Below, one piece after another: positions 29,601-38,889 of a stretch of DNA of 64,000 nt (position 1 is its first letter; the number at the start of each line of letters is the position of its first letter). Made by a program: the position numbers and the translations under genes. The stretch is from Promethearchaeota archaeon (GTDB taxonomy: Archaea; Asgardarchaeota; Lokiarchaeia; Sigyniarchaeales; SOKP01), in contig JBHLNF010000001.1 in assembly GCA_048937405.1 (NCBI GenBank), forward strand, positions 512,001 to 576,000, read 5' to 3'. The notes beneath the pieces are model-generated. The model saw only the letters and a program-made list of their open reading frames with translations, made no database searches and was not told the DNA's origin.

Positions 29601-30159
29601 CTTCTCTCAAACCTTTTAATCCGATACCTTCCTCAAGGAAGGAACTTAATTGTGTTGGTTTTAAATTTTTTATTGAATCGATTTTTCCCTGACTTACAAA
29701 TGCAAATTGATTGTCTGGATTAATATTTAAATCAGAAATTAGCTTTTGGATTTCTTGGACTGTTTTTTTTTTAAATTCTATGTCATCCTTTCTCTTAAGT
29801 AAAAAGTATGGCGATTGTCCTCTGATAACAGCCCTTCTTAACTTGATTAATTCATCTTCATTTTGGATATGAATTTCTACCATTGCATGATTTTGACCAT
29901 TTCTAATAAAATCTGACCATTTTTTATATCGTTCATCTCGCTCATTACTTCCCAAAACAAATTTTATCGCTTGAAATATTGAGGTTTTGCCACTCCAATT
30001 TGGACCTACAATAATTACGAATTTAGATTTTCCAAAATCAACTTCATCTTTCTGGAAAGATAGAAAATTTTCCAAAATTACTTTCCAGATAAATATTTTT
30101 CCTTTTTCTGGTGAACCAATATTATTCTTTTTCGCATTTGTATGGGTTTGAGACGCCAA
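26692..30159 (-). CDS. smc: SMC protein, SMC5/6-like
   Basis: Walker A GPNWSGKT, Q-loop FVSQGKI, long coiled coils, hinge VKGPIIDYL..AIESVLG..SFV, signature LSGGQ, Walker B MLDE. Confidence 0.92.
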   Translation of the reverse strand: MASQTHTNAKKNNIGSPEKGKIFIWKVILENFLSFQKDEVDFGKSKFVIIVGPNWSGKTSIFQAIKFVLGSNERDERYKKWSDFIRNGQNHAMVEIHIQNEDELIKLRRAVIRGQSPYFLLKRKDDIEFKKKTVQEIQKLISDLNINPDNQFAFVSQGKIDSIKNLKPTQLSSFLEEGIGLKGLREEIVHQKRSVYELNNDLHSLKSRKNTLNISLELLNPKLERLEQKNKLLDIKKKFSDELLWANKDKLEKEIIDIEEKVTNVKLDLERIKKLKEGSEREINALSNKIIDKQQVINELSKQLGELDYKKQDLIEKIQNWQKDKVQAKQELDTLSNRINEIQKIINNFEKQKVSLENEIKIIKAESKSKGLQIDKLITEQNQLIKKIEQNKALLEKYEQINSKKKESLKLIQENDKAIKAYNNEISQLFQSFKDIEHKLEKNEWFLDNPSKDLQVQLERELNKTSTAIYEIDSELKRTEIELSKKFKKLKLLQTSLRERRVILPSNITVLKDEINKRGLKVKGPIIDYLKYDDDLSYAIESVLGEKLLYSFVAEDWDTLNLLKRLKDKFGAYCNIYLPKNINIKPMNKISTNGILGYLAELIEFVNEDIDIKKVIYSKIKNCIVATDYHSGRKYYSTHDFKGKCVTLKGEQIISYSYVYETPYLKRLKGLLSAGTQKEQSEVLELEIKTLNEKISEMRVNLAKLDSIQKEIFQKKESFNDLLYNFNQKQRITAKKNQLYDQMHELEKANSNIKTEIKELDLQINSLKAQTDPEFFKWNDRLTDIPSELALLNEEKKKWDKKFSENNDLIKAVREEINKQSYDKNLLQKDFQSKKEAFQKADKTAFNIYRQLENVEDKLEITKKEISDIKREILGLQNRKSELERKSIQITLNFEQENIKLNSYNQDLELKKNDLIRINSEVGPLISKDIIKIRPIEDIKADISDIDKDLLKYLDVDDSILIEKDQILNSLKKITKNQTDLEKDIKAAIKAENKMETTYYNKFSTVIENLQEKVNQKFKDSQIKSYCSLELTGNFEDLGVEIKAATSKEQLKSFTALSGGQVSLVSICLILSLQEIKPSALSMLDEPGMFLDEKNSEVVYQLIKSTLEKNPIQLFMFLPKSSNSLFLLADKLIGIARVGKREVSSVFKPKIVKKE

Positions 30160-30181
30160 ATTAATCTTCTCCTATGTTGAT

Positions 30182-31432
30182 TTATTTACCAAATGCTTGT
30201 TTTATCAGATCTACTCTTTTTTTTGCTTTTTCTAAATTTATCTGAGCTCTAGGTGGAGAATCATTTAAAATGAATGAATACTTTGCAATCAATTTCATCT
30301 CACCTTCTTCTAATGGTTCTTTTTTTGCTAATTTATCAATTATTAATACAAGCTCAGTATAATATTTTGAAGCAGCATTCTCATATAATTGATTTAGCAT
30401 AAATTCTGAAATATTAGATTCTTGAATATTTTTAACAATTTCACTTACATCCTTGTAATTTTCAACCTCTAAAGAAATTTTTGGGGTAGCAAATTGTTTA
30501 TTTTCAATTTGTTCTTCATTTAATTCTGCTTTTACTTTATGATTTGAATTAGAATGAACAATATTAGGTATGTATTCACCTGATATTATTAAATCAATTA
30601 AAATATCTGTAATTTCATTACTTGTTTCATTTAATTCTGAATTTAAAAAATGTTTAAATATTCCAACCTTCAATAGTTGTTTTACATCTTTAACCTCCCA
30701 ATTTTCAGTGTAATTTACGATCTCATTTATATTAAAGACGATTTTACTGTTTTTTTCTAAAAAATCCCTTAATACTGTTTCTCGCTCTATTTTATTTATT
30801 AATGGGATTCTAATAAAAAGATCAAATATAGAATATAGCTTGTCTGATAAATTGCTAACATCTTGGATATTATAGTTTATCCATACCATAATTAAATTAG
30901 CATCAATAAATTTAAAATTATCCCTCTTCTTTTGCCTACTGTTCAAAAACTCTTCAAGTAAATTCTTCCCTTCCAATTTTTTTTTATTTATGTTTTGCTG
31001 ATTAATCAATAATATTCTTTTTTCGCCACCTTTATCAGACTTTATATTTTTAACTTCCTTGCTATTTTTATATAATAAATCTTTTCCAAAATCATCTATA
31101 ATTCGGATAAAATTTCTTAAAAATTCAATAGGATCTTTGTTGATTTCCTCTTCATCAATTTCAATTATATCTAAGTAATAATTCTTCGAAATTAGTTTTA
31201 AATAATCTAAAATATCCGTTCCAGGATTAGTATTAATTAAAATGGCTCCTTTTGGTTCTATATAACCATTTAACTTAGGATCGTCATGATTGGTTAGCAT
31301 AGCTTTGATAAAATTAATAATATCATTATATTTATCCCGATAGAAAATATCTTCCTTATTGATATCAATTTCTGTAGACGGAATTACTCGAAAATATTTC
31401 GAAAATTCGGGAATATCATCTAATTCTTTCAT
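30182..31432 (-). CDS. degenerate (probably inactive) AAA+ ATPase-like protein
   Basis: PKGAILINTNPGTDIL (eroded Walker A); FDLFIRIPLINKIERETVL and YTENWEVKDVKQL lid motifs. Confidence 0.6.
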   Translation of the reverse strand: MKELDDIPEFSKYFRVIPSTEIDINKEDIFYRDKYNDIINFIKAMLTNHDDPKLNGYIEPKGAILINTNPGTDILDYLKLISKNYYLDIIEIDEEEINKDPIEFLRNFIRIIDDFGKDLLYKNSKEVKNIKSDKGGEKRILLINQQNINKKKLEGKNLLEEFLNSRQKKRDNFKFIDANLIMVWINYNIQDVSNLSDKLYSIFDLFIRIPLINKIERETVLRDFLEKNSKIVFNINEIVNYTENWEVKDVKQLLKVGIFKHFLNSELNETSNEITDILIDLIISGEYIPNIVHSNSNHKVKAELNEEQIENKQFATPKISLEVENYKDVSEIVKNIQESNISEFMLNQLYENAASKYYTELVLIIDKLAKKEPLEEGEMKLIAKYSFILNDSPPRAQINLEKAKKRVDLIKQAFGK

Positions 31433-31658
31433 TTATATTTTTCCTTTAATTCTTCCTTAATTTTATAAACATAATTTACATGACTTTTAACAAATATATA
31501 TTTAGCGGTAAGTATAGTTTTCGATAATTAAATCTCCGATAAAAACCATAAAACTTATAAGATCGTTTTTTGGGAGAAAGAAAATAAAAAAAAATTAAAA
31601 GCTGAAAGAAATTCTTCTATAATTCTCTTAATCTATGATTTGCATAAATAACTAAAAA

Positions 31659-32384
31659 TTATTTTTTTCCCCCATAAATTGTAAACATCCCATATTTATA
31701 ATGACAATCAACTTCAATAAATCCTACTTCCTTTAAATAATTTAATTGTATTTCTAATGGATCAAAATGATTTTCAGGTTTATTTGGTGCCTTATAAGGA
31801 GCATTTTCATACTTAGTTTGAGTGTTATTTTGATTTTGATATTTTTCAATCCATTCACTCCATAAATCAATATACCATTTAGTATATTTTTCATTATTAG
31901 AAGTTGTAACTTCAATATTTAGAAAGTATCCATTATAATTTAGTAAATCATATAGTATTTTGAAAATTTGTTTTTTTTGTTCCAAAAATAAATGGTGTAT
32001 TGCAAAGGATGAAATTATAAAGTCAAAATCATTTTCACTTAGACCATTTTCAATTAATTCCTGAAAACTCATATGGACATAATTAATTTTAGATAAATAA
32101 CTTAGATTTTGTTCTGCCTTTTTTAACATATTTTTAGAACCATCAATAACAGTTATTTCATTTACAGGATTGTCATTATTGAATAAAGTTTTAATAAGGA
32201 TTCCATCTCCAGTTCCTAAATCTAAAATTTTCTTTGGTTCTCCATTAAAGATAAATTTTTGATAAAATGATGTTAATATAGATAATAATGTCTTTCTATA
32301 TGGAATGATAATATCTGCGATTTCTAAATAATCCTTATTATACTCTAATTCATCCCAATTTTTTGAATAATCTTTCATAAGCAA
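31659..32384 (-). CDS. class I SAM-dependent methyltransferase
   Basis: ILDLGTGDG and FDFIISSFAIHHL motifs. Confidence 0.88.
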   Translation of the reverse strand: MLMKDYSKNWDELEYNKDYLEIADIIIPYRKTLLSILTSFYQKFIFNGEPKKILDLGTGDGILIKTLFNNDNPVNEITVIDGSKNMLKKAEQNLSYLSKINYVHMSFQELIENGLSENDFDFIISSFAIHHLFLEQKKQIFKILYDLLNYNGYFLNIEVTTSNNEKYTKWYIDLWSEWIEKYQNQNNTQTKYENAPYKAPNKPENHFDPLEIQLNYLKEVGFIEVDCHYKYGMFTIYGGKK

Positions 32385-32555
32385 TCTATAATAATAAAAG
32401 TACGAGACTATTTTTAAAATTCTTTTAATGCACTAATGTCTAATTGTGCAATAATTTCGCTTTATTTCATTTTTTAAGGATAGAAATAAGATTATTTCAA
32501 GAAATTTCAATTATGATAAAAAAGAAATAGATACAATTTCAAATTTAATAAATAA

Positions 32556-32990
32556 TTATATACTAATTTTGTTGAGAAAAGATACTTTTAAACCCAATTC
32601 TTGGTGTAATAAGTTAAGATACAAATCAAACTGCTTTTTAACAATTTCATAATGAGTAAATTTTCCTTTTTTAAAGCTTCTTATAAGTCCAACGCTTTCA
32701 AGAATTCGAAGATGATGTGATATTGATGGTTGTGATTTATCTAAGATTGCTTCTAGTTCACAAACACAATGGTCATTATCTTTTAAAATCATAACTATTT
32801 TTAAACGTTCTTTGTTTCCAATAGCATAACAGAATTCCGAAATATTCTTAAAATTGTCATATTCTTCTAAATTCTTTCCAAAATCTTGTAAATCACGGAA
32901 GTAGGAATTAACATCGACTTTATACATATTAACACAACTTTCTAGGGAATTAATAATCTCAATAGTGCGCTTTTTATTAATATTGTTCAC
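32556..32990 (-). CDS. arsR: ArsR/SmtB family transcriptional regulator
   Basis: HCVCEL..SQPSISHHLRIL; divergent from acr3. Confidence 0.9.
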   Translation of the reverse strand: MNNINKKRTIEIINSLESCVNMYKVDVNSYFRDLQDFGKNLEEYDNFKNISEFCYAIGNKERLKIVMILKDNDHCVCELEAILDKSQPSISHHLRILESVGLIRSFKKGKFTHYEIVKKQFDLYLNLLHQELGLKVSFLNKISI

Positions 32991-33187
32991 CCAAATCTTT
33001 AAAAGTAGTTAAATTTACATATATTTTTTATATATTAAATAAAAGGTATATAGATTAATATAAATATTTCGCTAATTCTTTTAAATCCAAATATTTTTAT
33101 TTGATGCATTTCATAAATATTTCAACCTGTACAAATAAAGTTTAAGTTTTAAATAATTTAATTTTATACAGAATTTGGTGAAAATGG

Positions 33188-34243
33188 ATGAGTATTTCTG
33201 AAATAGAGGAAATATCTATAAAAAAGGAAACAGAATCCAAAGAACTTGGACTTTTTGAAAAATATCTTACTTTATGGGTTGCATTATGTATCATCATTGG
33301 GATTCTATTATCCCAGATTATTCCTGGAATAAGTCAAGCTATAAATGCTTTAAGTATCGGGCAAATATCAATACCAATTGGTATTTGTTTATTTCTAATG
33401 ATGTATCCAGCAATGTTGAACCTACAAGTTTCTGAATTAAAAAAATTAGGTAAAAACCCTAAACCAATAATCCTAACAATAATCTCTAATTGGTTAATTG
33501 CACCATTTGTTGGTTTGCTTATGGCTCGAATATTTGTACCTGGTTATGAACAATTAATCGTGGCAATCATTTTATTAAGTTCAAGTCCTTGTACAGCGAT
33601 GGTTTTAGTGTGGGGATGGATGGCTAAGGGGAATCAAGAACAGAATGTAGTAAACACAAGCCTTAACACGATTACTATAATATTTGGATATGCTCCTATG
33701 GTAACGCTATTAACTGGCATACAAAATATACCTATAGATTGGGTCTTATTATTGGTTTCGATTTTCATTTTCATTGGACTTCCATTACTATTAGGAATTA
33801 TCAGTAAAAGGCTTCTAATATCTTCCAAAGGTGAAAATTGGTTTAATGATACATATAGACCTACAGTCGGAAAAATATCAATTATTGCCTTACTGACAAC
33901 TTTGATAGTTCTTTTTTCTATGAATGGGGATGTTTTAATAAATAATCCAGATCTCTTATTACTTGTATCAATTCCACTCTTAGTTGGATTTTTTATAGTT
34001 GTTGGTTATAATATCCTTATTACAAAAATTTTTAAATTGAGGTATAAGGAAGCAATTATAACTGTAATAATTGGATCATCAAGCCATTTTGAAATTGCTA
34101 TTGCTACTGCTATTGCTATATACGGAATTGGTTCAATTGCGGCATTAGGAACAACAATGGGGCTTTTTTGGGAGGTACCAGTTATGCTTTCGATAGTATA
34201 TTTAGGTAGATATCTAAAAAAAAGAGGTTTTTGGAAATCCTAA
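33188..34243 (+). CDS. acr3: ACR3 family arsenite efflux transporter
   Basis: FEKYLTLWV, MMYP, PCTAMVLVW, HFEIAIA and EVPVM motifs. Confidence 0.95.
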   Translation: MSISEIEEISIKKETESKELGLFEKYLTLWVALCIIIGILLSQIIPGISQAINALSIGQISIPIGICLFLMMYPAMLNLQVSELKKLGKNPKPIILTIISNWLIAPFVGLLMARIFVPGYEQLIVAIILLSSSPCTAMVLVWGWMAKGNQEQNVVNTSLNTITIIFGYAPMVTLLTGIQNIPIDWVLLLVSIFIFIGLPLLLGIISKRLLISSKGENWFNDTYRPTVGKISIIALLTTLIVLFSMNGDVLINNPDLLLLVSIPLLVGFFIVVGYNILITKIFKLRYKEAIITVIIGSSSHFEIAIATAIAIYGIGSIAALGTTMGLFWEVPVMLSIVYLGRYLKKRGFWKS

Positions 34244-34319
34244 TCTTTTTAATTTTAGAGCATATTATTAGATAAAGAATAAAAATCTTGAAAAATCAAA
34301 AAGAATATTGTGAATAATT

Positions 34320-34499
34320 ATGGATGAAAAAGAAATGAATGAGCAAATAGTTAAGATAATAAGTGAAGCTATTGAACAAACCTCTCATTCGAGCTGTATT
34401 CATTCAGATTCTCATTGTATTGAGGAAAAACCAGATTCGGAATCAAAATCTATTCAATGTGGAACCAATAAATGCAAAGGACTGCATAGTGAGAATTAA
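34320..34499 (+). CDS. small Cys/His-rich protein (59 aa), below the track cutoff
   Basis: MDEKEMNEQIVKIISEAIEQTSHSSCIHSDSHCIEEKPDSESKSIQCGTNKCKGLHSEN, between acr3 and the next gene. Confidence 0.65.
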   Translation: MDEKEMNEQIVKIISEAIEQTSHSSCIHSDSHCIEEKPDSESKSIQCGTNKCKGLHSEN

Positions 34500-34522
34500 A
34501 ACATTTTTTTGGTGATATCGAA

Positions 34523-34804
34523 ATGAACAATGAAAAAGTTACAGAAAAATTAAAAGTTGATATTTATGTCCCTCTCGATGCGTGTGCATGCGAATGGGAT
34601 AAATTTATGAATCGAGTTTTTGTTGAACTTACGCCTTATATAAAGTACATTGATTTTGACACCAAAAATCTTAATTCAGAGGAAGCAAGAGAACTTAACA
34701 TAAGGAATCAATGCGTAATAATTAATGGAGATAAGAAATTTACGTCAACCTTTACACTTAAAAGAGAACTACCAAATATTCTTAAAGCTGAAGGTCTTAT
34801 TTAG
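34523..34804 (+). CDS. small thioredoxin-fold-like protein with a CxC motif
   Basis: beta-strand-CAC-helix pattern; CVIING C-terminal strand; GGTGA SD. Confidence 0.6.
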   Translation: MNNEKVTEKLKVDIYVPLDACACEWDKFMNRVFVELTPYIKYIDFDTKNLNSEEARELNIRNQCVIINGDKKFTSTFTLKRELPNILKAEGLI

Positions 34805-34838
34805 AATTTAATAATACTATTTTTAATATGTTTTTAAG

Positions 34839-35195
34839 GTGATTTTGGAAATTAAGAAAATTAAATTAACGATATTTGCACCAGATCCAGAAAAGAAATT
34901 GTCAAAAGGACTTGATTATGATTTGGAAATAGGCGATAATGGAACTATTATTGACGCATTAAGCTTATTAGATAAAAAAATTTATGATAATATCGAAGAT
35001 ACTATATTCCCAATTTATAAAGGCTTAATTAAAAGTTATCTTCAACTAATTTGGGATGCTGAGGAAAATATAATTTATGAGGATTGTGCTGTAAACGCTT
35101 ATGGTCCTCATAAAGAGTTCATGGCTTTACATGATGATATTAACTTTAATTTATATCCTAATAGTGAAATAACTATCGCTGTCCATGCTGATTGA
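34839..35195 (+). CDS. hypothetical protein, possible beta-grasp fold
   Basis: 118 aa; TIIDALSLLD and LYPNSEITI resemble MoaD-like patterns; no C-terminal GG; ends TGA-TGA. Confidence 0.6.
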   Translation: MILEIKKIKLTIFAPDPEKKLSKGLDYDLEIGDNGTIIDALSLLDKKIYDNIEDTIFPIYKGLIKSYLQLIWDAEENIIYEDCAVNAYGPHKEFMALHDDINFNLYPNSEITIAVHAD

Positions 35196-35409
35196 TGAGC
35201 TGATGTAATGAAAGAGAGATTAGATTATGGGACATTTAAAAGGATTATTATGAAAAAATATGGAAAAGATCATAAGAGTTTCGCCCATTATTTTAATTTA
35301 TAAAAAATTAATTAAGTTGGATGAAATCTTTTAATAAAAATTAGTAAAAGATTGACAAGAGGATTGCCTCCTTTAAGAATCAAATTTATTCGAAAGAAGA
35401 TATGTCATT

Positions 35410-37866
35410 TTATCCAGTAAACTGTGTTTGTACTTGTTCATACAAGTTCTTCTTATAAATAATTTTCACTCCAGACCTAGCAGCAATAAAGATTATTATA
35501 ATAGGGATCAGAAACGTGCCAAGATATGTAAACATTGTAAACCTCGGAAAGATCGCAAATTCATCTTGATATGCATTAATCATATAGTTTGCTACTAGTG
35601 GTATTGATAAAAGTGCAATCATGACTGCAATAAGGGTCCAGATAAGATTTTCAAATAATATTTGCATATATATTTTCTTTTTCTTGACACCAAGGCTTCG
35701 CAATACTCCATATTCATTTTCATGTTCTGTAATCTTCATTAGTGTAGAATTGATCAATATAAATAATTCAACAATTCCTGCAAATCCTACGACAACACCG
35801 ATAAATGGGATTAATAAATCTCCGTATATCTTTATTTGGTTTATTAAATCTGCCATCGGTTGAACTAATGAGATCTTATCAGATATATTATATATATCAT
35901 TGATAAATTCTGATTCATCATTAGGAGTAGAGGAATAGGATATGAAGAGGACATTTATTTTTTCAAGCTGATTTGAAAAGTGCTGAGCAGAATCCAATAA
36001 AACATAACAAGTTGTCATAATTTCTTTGGTAATTCCAACAATTATGAATTGTTTCTTATTTCCTAAAGGGTTATAAATTGTGATGTTTTCTCCAATATCT
36101 AATCCCAATTTACGTGAAATATGGTCTGAAATTATAATTTCGTCATTACTTTGATAAAGTCGACTGGATCCTCCATTCTTATTAATGAAGTTGAAATTAT
36201 GTAATGATTGATTCGATTTAAGCCCCAATAAAATTCCTGTTTGATTGTCAGCTTCATTTTGGGGATTCTCAAATAGCAGAGTTAATTTAAGTGCTGATTC
36301 TGTTTTTTCAATATCTGGTAAACTACTGATATCTTGCATCTCAGATCCTTTATCATCCATTCCGATTGAAAAAGTTACACTCATATCCCATTTTTCTGTT
36401 AATCTTATTGCATTATTGGTCGTATAGTGTACACTATCCCACATTAAAAGCATTGAGCTTACAATTATTATGGAAAATGTGATTCCGATCATTGTTAGAG
36501 CTGTATTACGTGGATTTTTCCTAAAATTCCTCCAAAATAATTTGGTTGATGGGCGCATCCTGGTTTTATCTCTTCTTGCTAATTTAAATCTTTTTTTATG
36601 ATGTTTAAATCCTTCAGATCCTTGTTGCTTATAAACTAAATCAACCATATTTTTCTTCATCATTTTATAAATGGGAGGAATCATTGATAAAATACCAATT
36701 GTTAAACTTAATAAAAAAGCCTCAATAATTAAAGCAAATGAGAATGGAAAAAGGATTGTTGTCCCTAGAATTCCTGTACCCATTTCAATCATCATTTCTT
36801 CGATTAGTACATAAGCAAACACAATACTAATTACAGTTGATATCAGCGTAATTTGTAATAACAGTACAATAAATGATTTGGATATCTTTTTCTTGGAGTA
36901 TCCCAGGCATCCGAGAATGCCTATTTGTTTTTGTTGGGACGTGATAAATTGTCTATAAATCGACATATTCGCTGTTAGTGCCATTATAATCGCAAGAATT
37001 AAAATTATAAAAAATACTTGCGTACTTCCTTCCAAATCACTCATTACATAATTCCATGCATAACTCTTCTCAAACGGAGTGCTTGAGATTAATTGAATAC
37101 CGAGACTACCAAATTTATCTTCTATTTCCCTATTTATATCATCTTGATTAGCATTCGCATCAAATACAACCTGTAATTGGTTAAATTGATATGACACATA
37201 TGGAAAAAATAATAACGGATTAGAAGCATTAACTATTTGGATTAAATCGTTTACATCTACAAATCCAATACCCATTGACCCTTTTATAGGAAATAATACT
37301 TCAGGTGCGGTATTGGTCATCGTAAATTCAATGCTCCAAAAAACTCCTTTGATCGTAAAGTTAGCATTTCCTAATGATTCAATAGTAAGATTCTCTAAAT
37401 TTTTGAGATTTCGTGCCTTAAAAAATTCTTTTGAAAGTAATATCATATGGTAATCAACAGGTTGCAGATTACTTCCAGACTGTAATTCATAATGATATAT
37501 CGGTAAATTTTCTGTGTCAGAAAAAGATGATGACACATTAATTCCGATTAATCGTATTAGATATGTTTGTGGGTCATCCTTTATCTTAATCGGGAATTGA
37601 AATACAAGTCGGGGTACAATATCTTTTACTCCAGGTATTGATCTAATCTCTGATGCGACACTTGAATTAAATCCTGAAGTAATATATTCATAATCTGCCC
37701 GATCTGCATCTCTATAGAGATCTCCAAACAGCGGTTTAATAGAAGAAAAGATTTGAAAGATTCCAACGGCAAAACCAATACATAGAGATAATATAATAAT
37801 TAAAATTATCCTTCGCTTTCCTAACCTTTTTAAATCTTTCCAAGGTTTTTTATTGATTAATTTCAT
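35410..37866 (-). CDS. ABC transporter permease, FtsX/MacB-like (duplicated)
   Basis: Two repeats of TM-extracellular-3TM; QIGILGCLG and EYGVLRSLG motifs. Confidence 0.88.
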   Translation of the reverse strand: MKLINKKPWKDLKRLGKRRIILIIILSLCIGFAVGIFQIFSSIKPLFGDLYRDADRADYEYITSGFNSSVASEIRSIPGVKDIVPRLVFQFPIKIKDDPQTYLIRLIGINVSSSFSDTENLPIYHYELQSGSNLQPVDYHMILLSKEFFKARNLKNLENLTIESLGNANFTIKGVFWSIEFTMTNTAPEVLFPIKGSMGIGFVDVNDLIQIVNASNPLLFFPYVSYQFNQLQVVFDANANQDDINREIEDKFGSLGIQLISSTPFEKSYAWNYVMSDLEGSTQVFFIILILAIIMALTANMSIYRQFITSQQKQIGILGCLGYSKKKISKSFIVLLLQITLISTVISIVFAYVLIEEMMIEMGTGILGTTILFPFSFALIIEAFLLSLTIGILSMIPPIYKMMKKNMVDLVYKQQGSEGFKHHKKRFKLARRDKTRMRPSTKLFWRNFRKNPRNTALTMIGITFSIIIVSSMLLMWDSVHYTTNNAIRLTEKWDMSVTFSIGMDDKGSEMQDISSLPDIEKTESALKLTLLFENPQNEADNQTGILLGLKSNQSLHNFNFINKNGGSSRLYQSNDEIIISDHISRKLGLDIGENITIYNPLGNKKQFIIVGITKEIMTTCYVLLDSAQHFSNQLEKINVLFISYSSTPNDESEFINDIYNISDKISLVQPMADLINQIKIYGDLLIPFIGVVVGFAGIVELFILINSTLMKITEHENEYGVLRSLGVKKKKIYMQILFENLIWTLIAVMIALLSIPLVANYMINAYQDEFAIFPRFTMFTYLGTFLIPIIIIFIAARSGVKIIYKKNLYEQVQTQFTG

Positions 37867-37894
37867 TTCAAAAGCCTCTCTCTATTTTTGATTA

Positions 37895-38650
37895 TTATTC
37901 TGAATCAGTTATAATTTTACCATTCCGTATATGAATCTCTCTTGATTGTAATTTTTCTGTCAGTAAAGGATTATGGGTAACAACTATAAAAGTTGCATTA
38001 TAATCTGTTGCTATTTTCTTAATTAATTCAAGAATTTGATCACCCGTCTTCTCATCGATATTTCCAGTAGGTTCGTCCATCAGAATGAGGAGATTACCTT
38101 CTGCAAACTCTTCCTTCGCTAAAGCCCGGGCTATAGTGACTCTTTGTTGTTGACCACCACTAAGTTCAGAAGGGAGGTGATCTAATCGATCACTCAACCC
38201 GACAGCTTCGAGATATTTTAAAGCAATTTTTCGAATCTCTTCTTTCTTTCCAAAAGTTTCAATTGCGATTTCTACATTTTCCAATGCCGTCAAGGAAGGT
38301 AATAAATTGAAGAATTGGAAAACAAAACCTACTTTTTTTTTTCTATACTCCGCGAGTTGATTAGGTGATAATTTACTTATGAGCTCATTAAAAACACTTA
38401 TTTCTCCAGATGTGGGTGAATCAATGCCACCCAATAAATTTAACAAGGTTGTTTTACCTGCTCCAGATGGACCTAGCAATGTTATTAATTCTCCTGATTT
38501 GATTTTTAAATTTATATTATCCAATGCAGTAACCTTATTTTCACCCATAGTATAAATTTTACTCACATTATTCAAGATTAGGGATTGTTCTATCATATTA
38601 ATCATTAAATTTACATTATATATGTCCTTTAATTTATATTTATGAAACAA
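37895..38650 (-). CDS. ABC transporter ATP-binding protein (LolD/MacB-like)
   Basis: GPSGAGKT, LSGGQQQRV and DEPTGN motifs; true start probably 38605 or 38596. Confidence 0.92.
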   Translation of the reverse strand: MFHKYKLKDIYNVNLMINMIEQSLILNNVSKIYTMGENKVTALDNINLKIKSGELITLLGPSGAGKTTLLNLLGGIDSPTSGEISVFNELISKLSPNQLAEYRKKKVGFVFQFFNLLPSLTALENVEIAIETFGKKEEIRKIALKYLEAVGLSDRLDHLPSELSGGQQQRVTIARALAKEEFAEGNLLILMDEPTGNIDEKTGDQILELIKKIATDYNATFIVVTHNPLLTEKLQSREIHIRNGKIITDSE

Positions 38651-38889
38651 ATCTTATATTTAATATTACGTGTTATAAAAGTTCAGATTTTAATCATTAT
38701 AGTATATCTTAGGCTTTTTTTCATGAGATATTAAAAGCTCAGAAACCATTAAATAGACTATTAAAAATTTTAAGGATGTTTTAGTGGAATTATTAATCCC
38801 TTTGAATTTAATTTACTGTTAATATATTTAGGACCAATTGTTTATAATTTTATCATTGATTTAATAGTATAAATAAACAGTATTATTCA

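Noticed and set aside
25499-31432. Wadjet/MksBEFG defence interpretation of the SMC operon
   Set aside because: No JetD/Toprim nuclease gene is adjacent, and the SMC motifs look Smc5/6-like rather than MukB/JetC-like
35196-35300. ATGA...GA motifs as a possible SECIS
   Set aside because: The segment between candidate core motifs is too short and does not pair; no convincing SECIS stem
35208-35303. 31-codon ORF after the ars cluster with an SD-like GAGCTGA
   Set aside because: Too short and without motifs; may be a truncated gene remnant but cannot be supported
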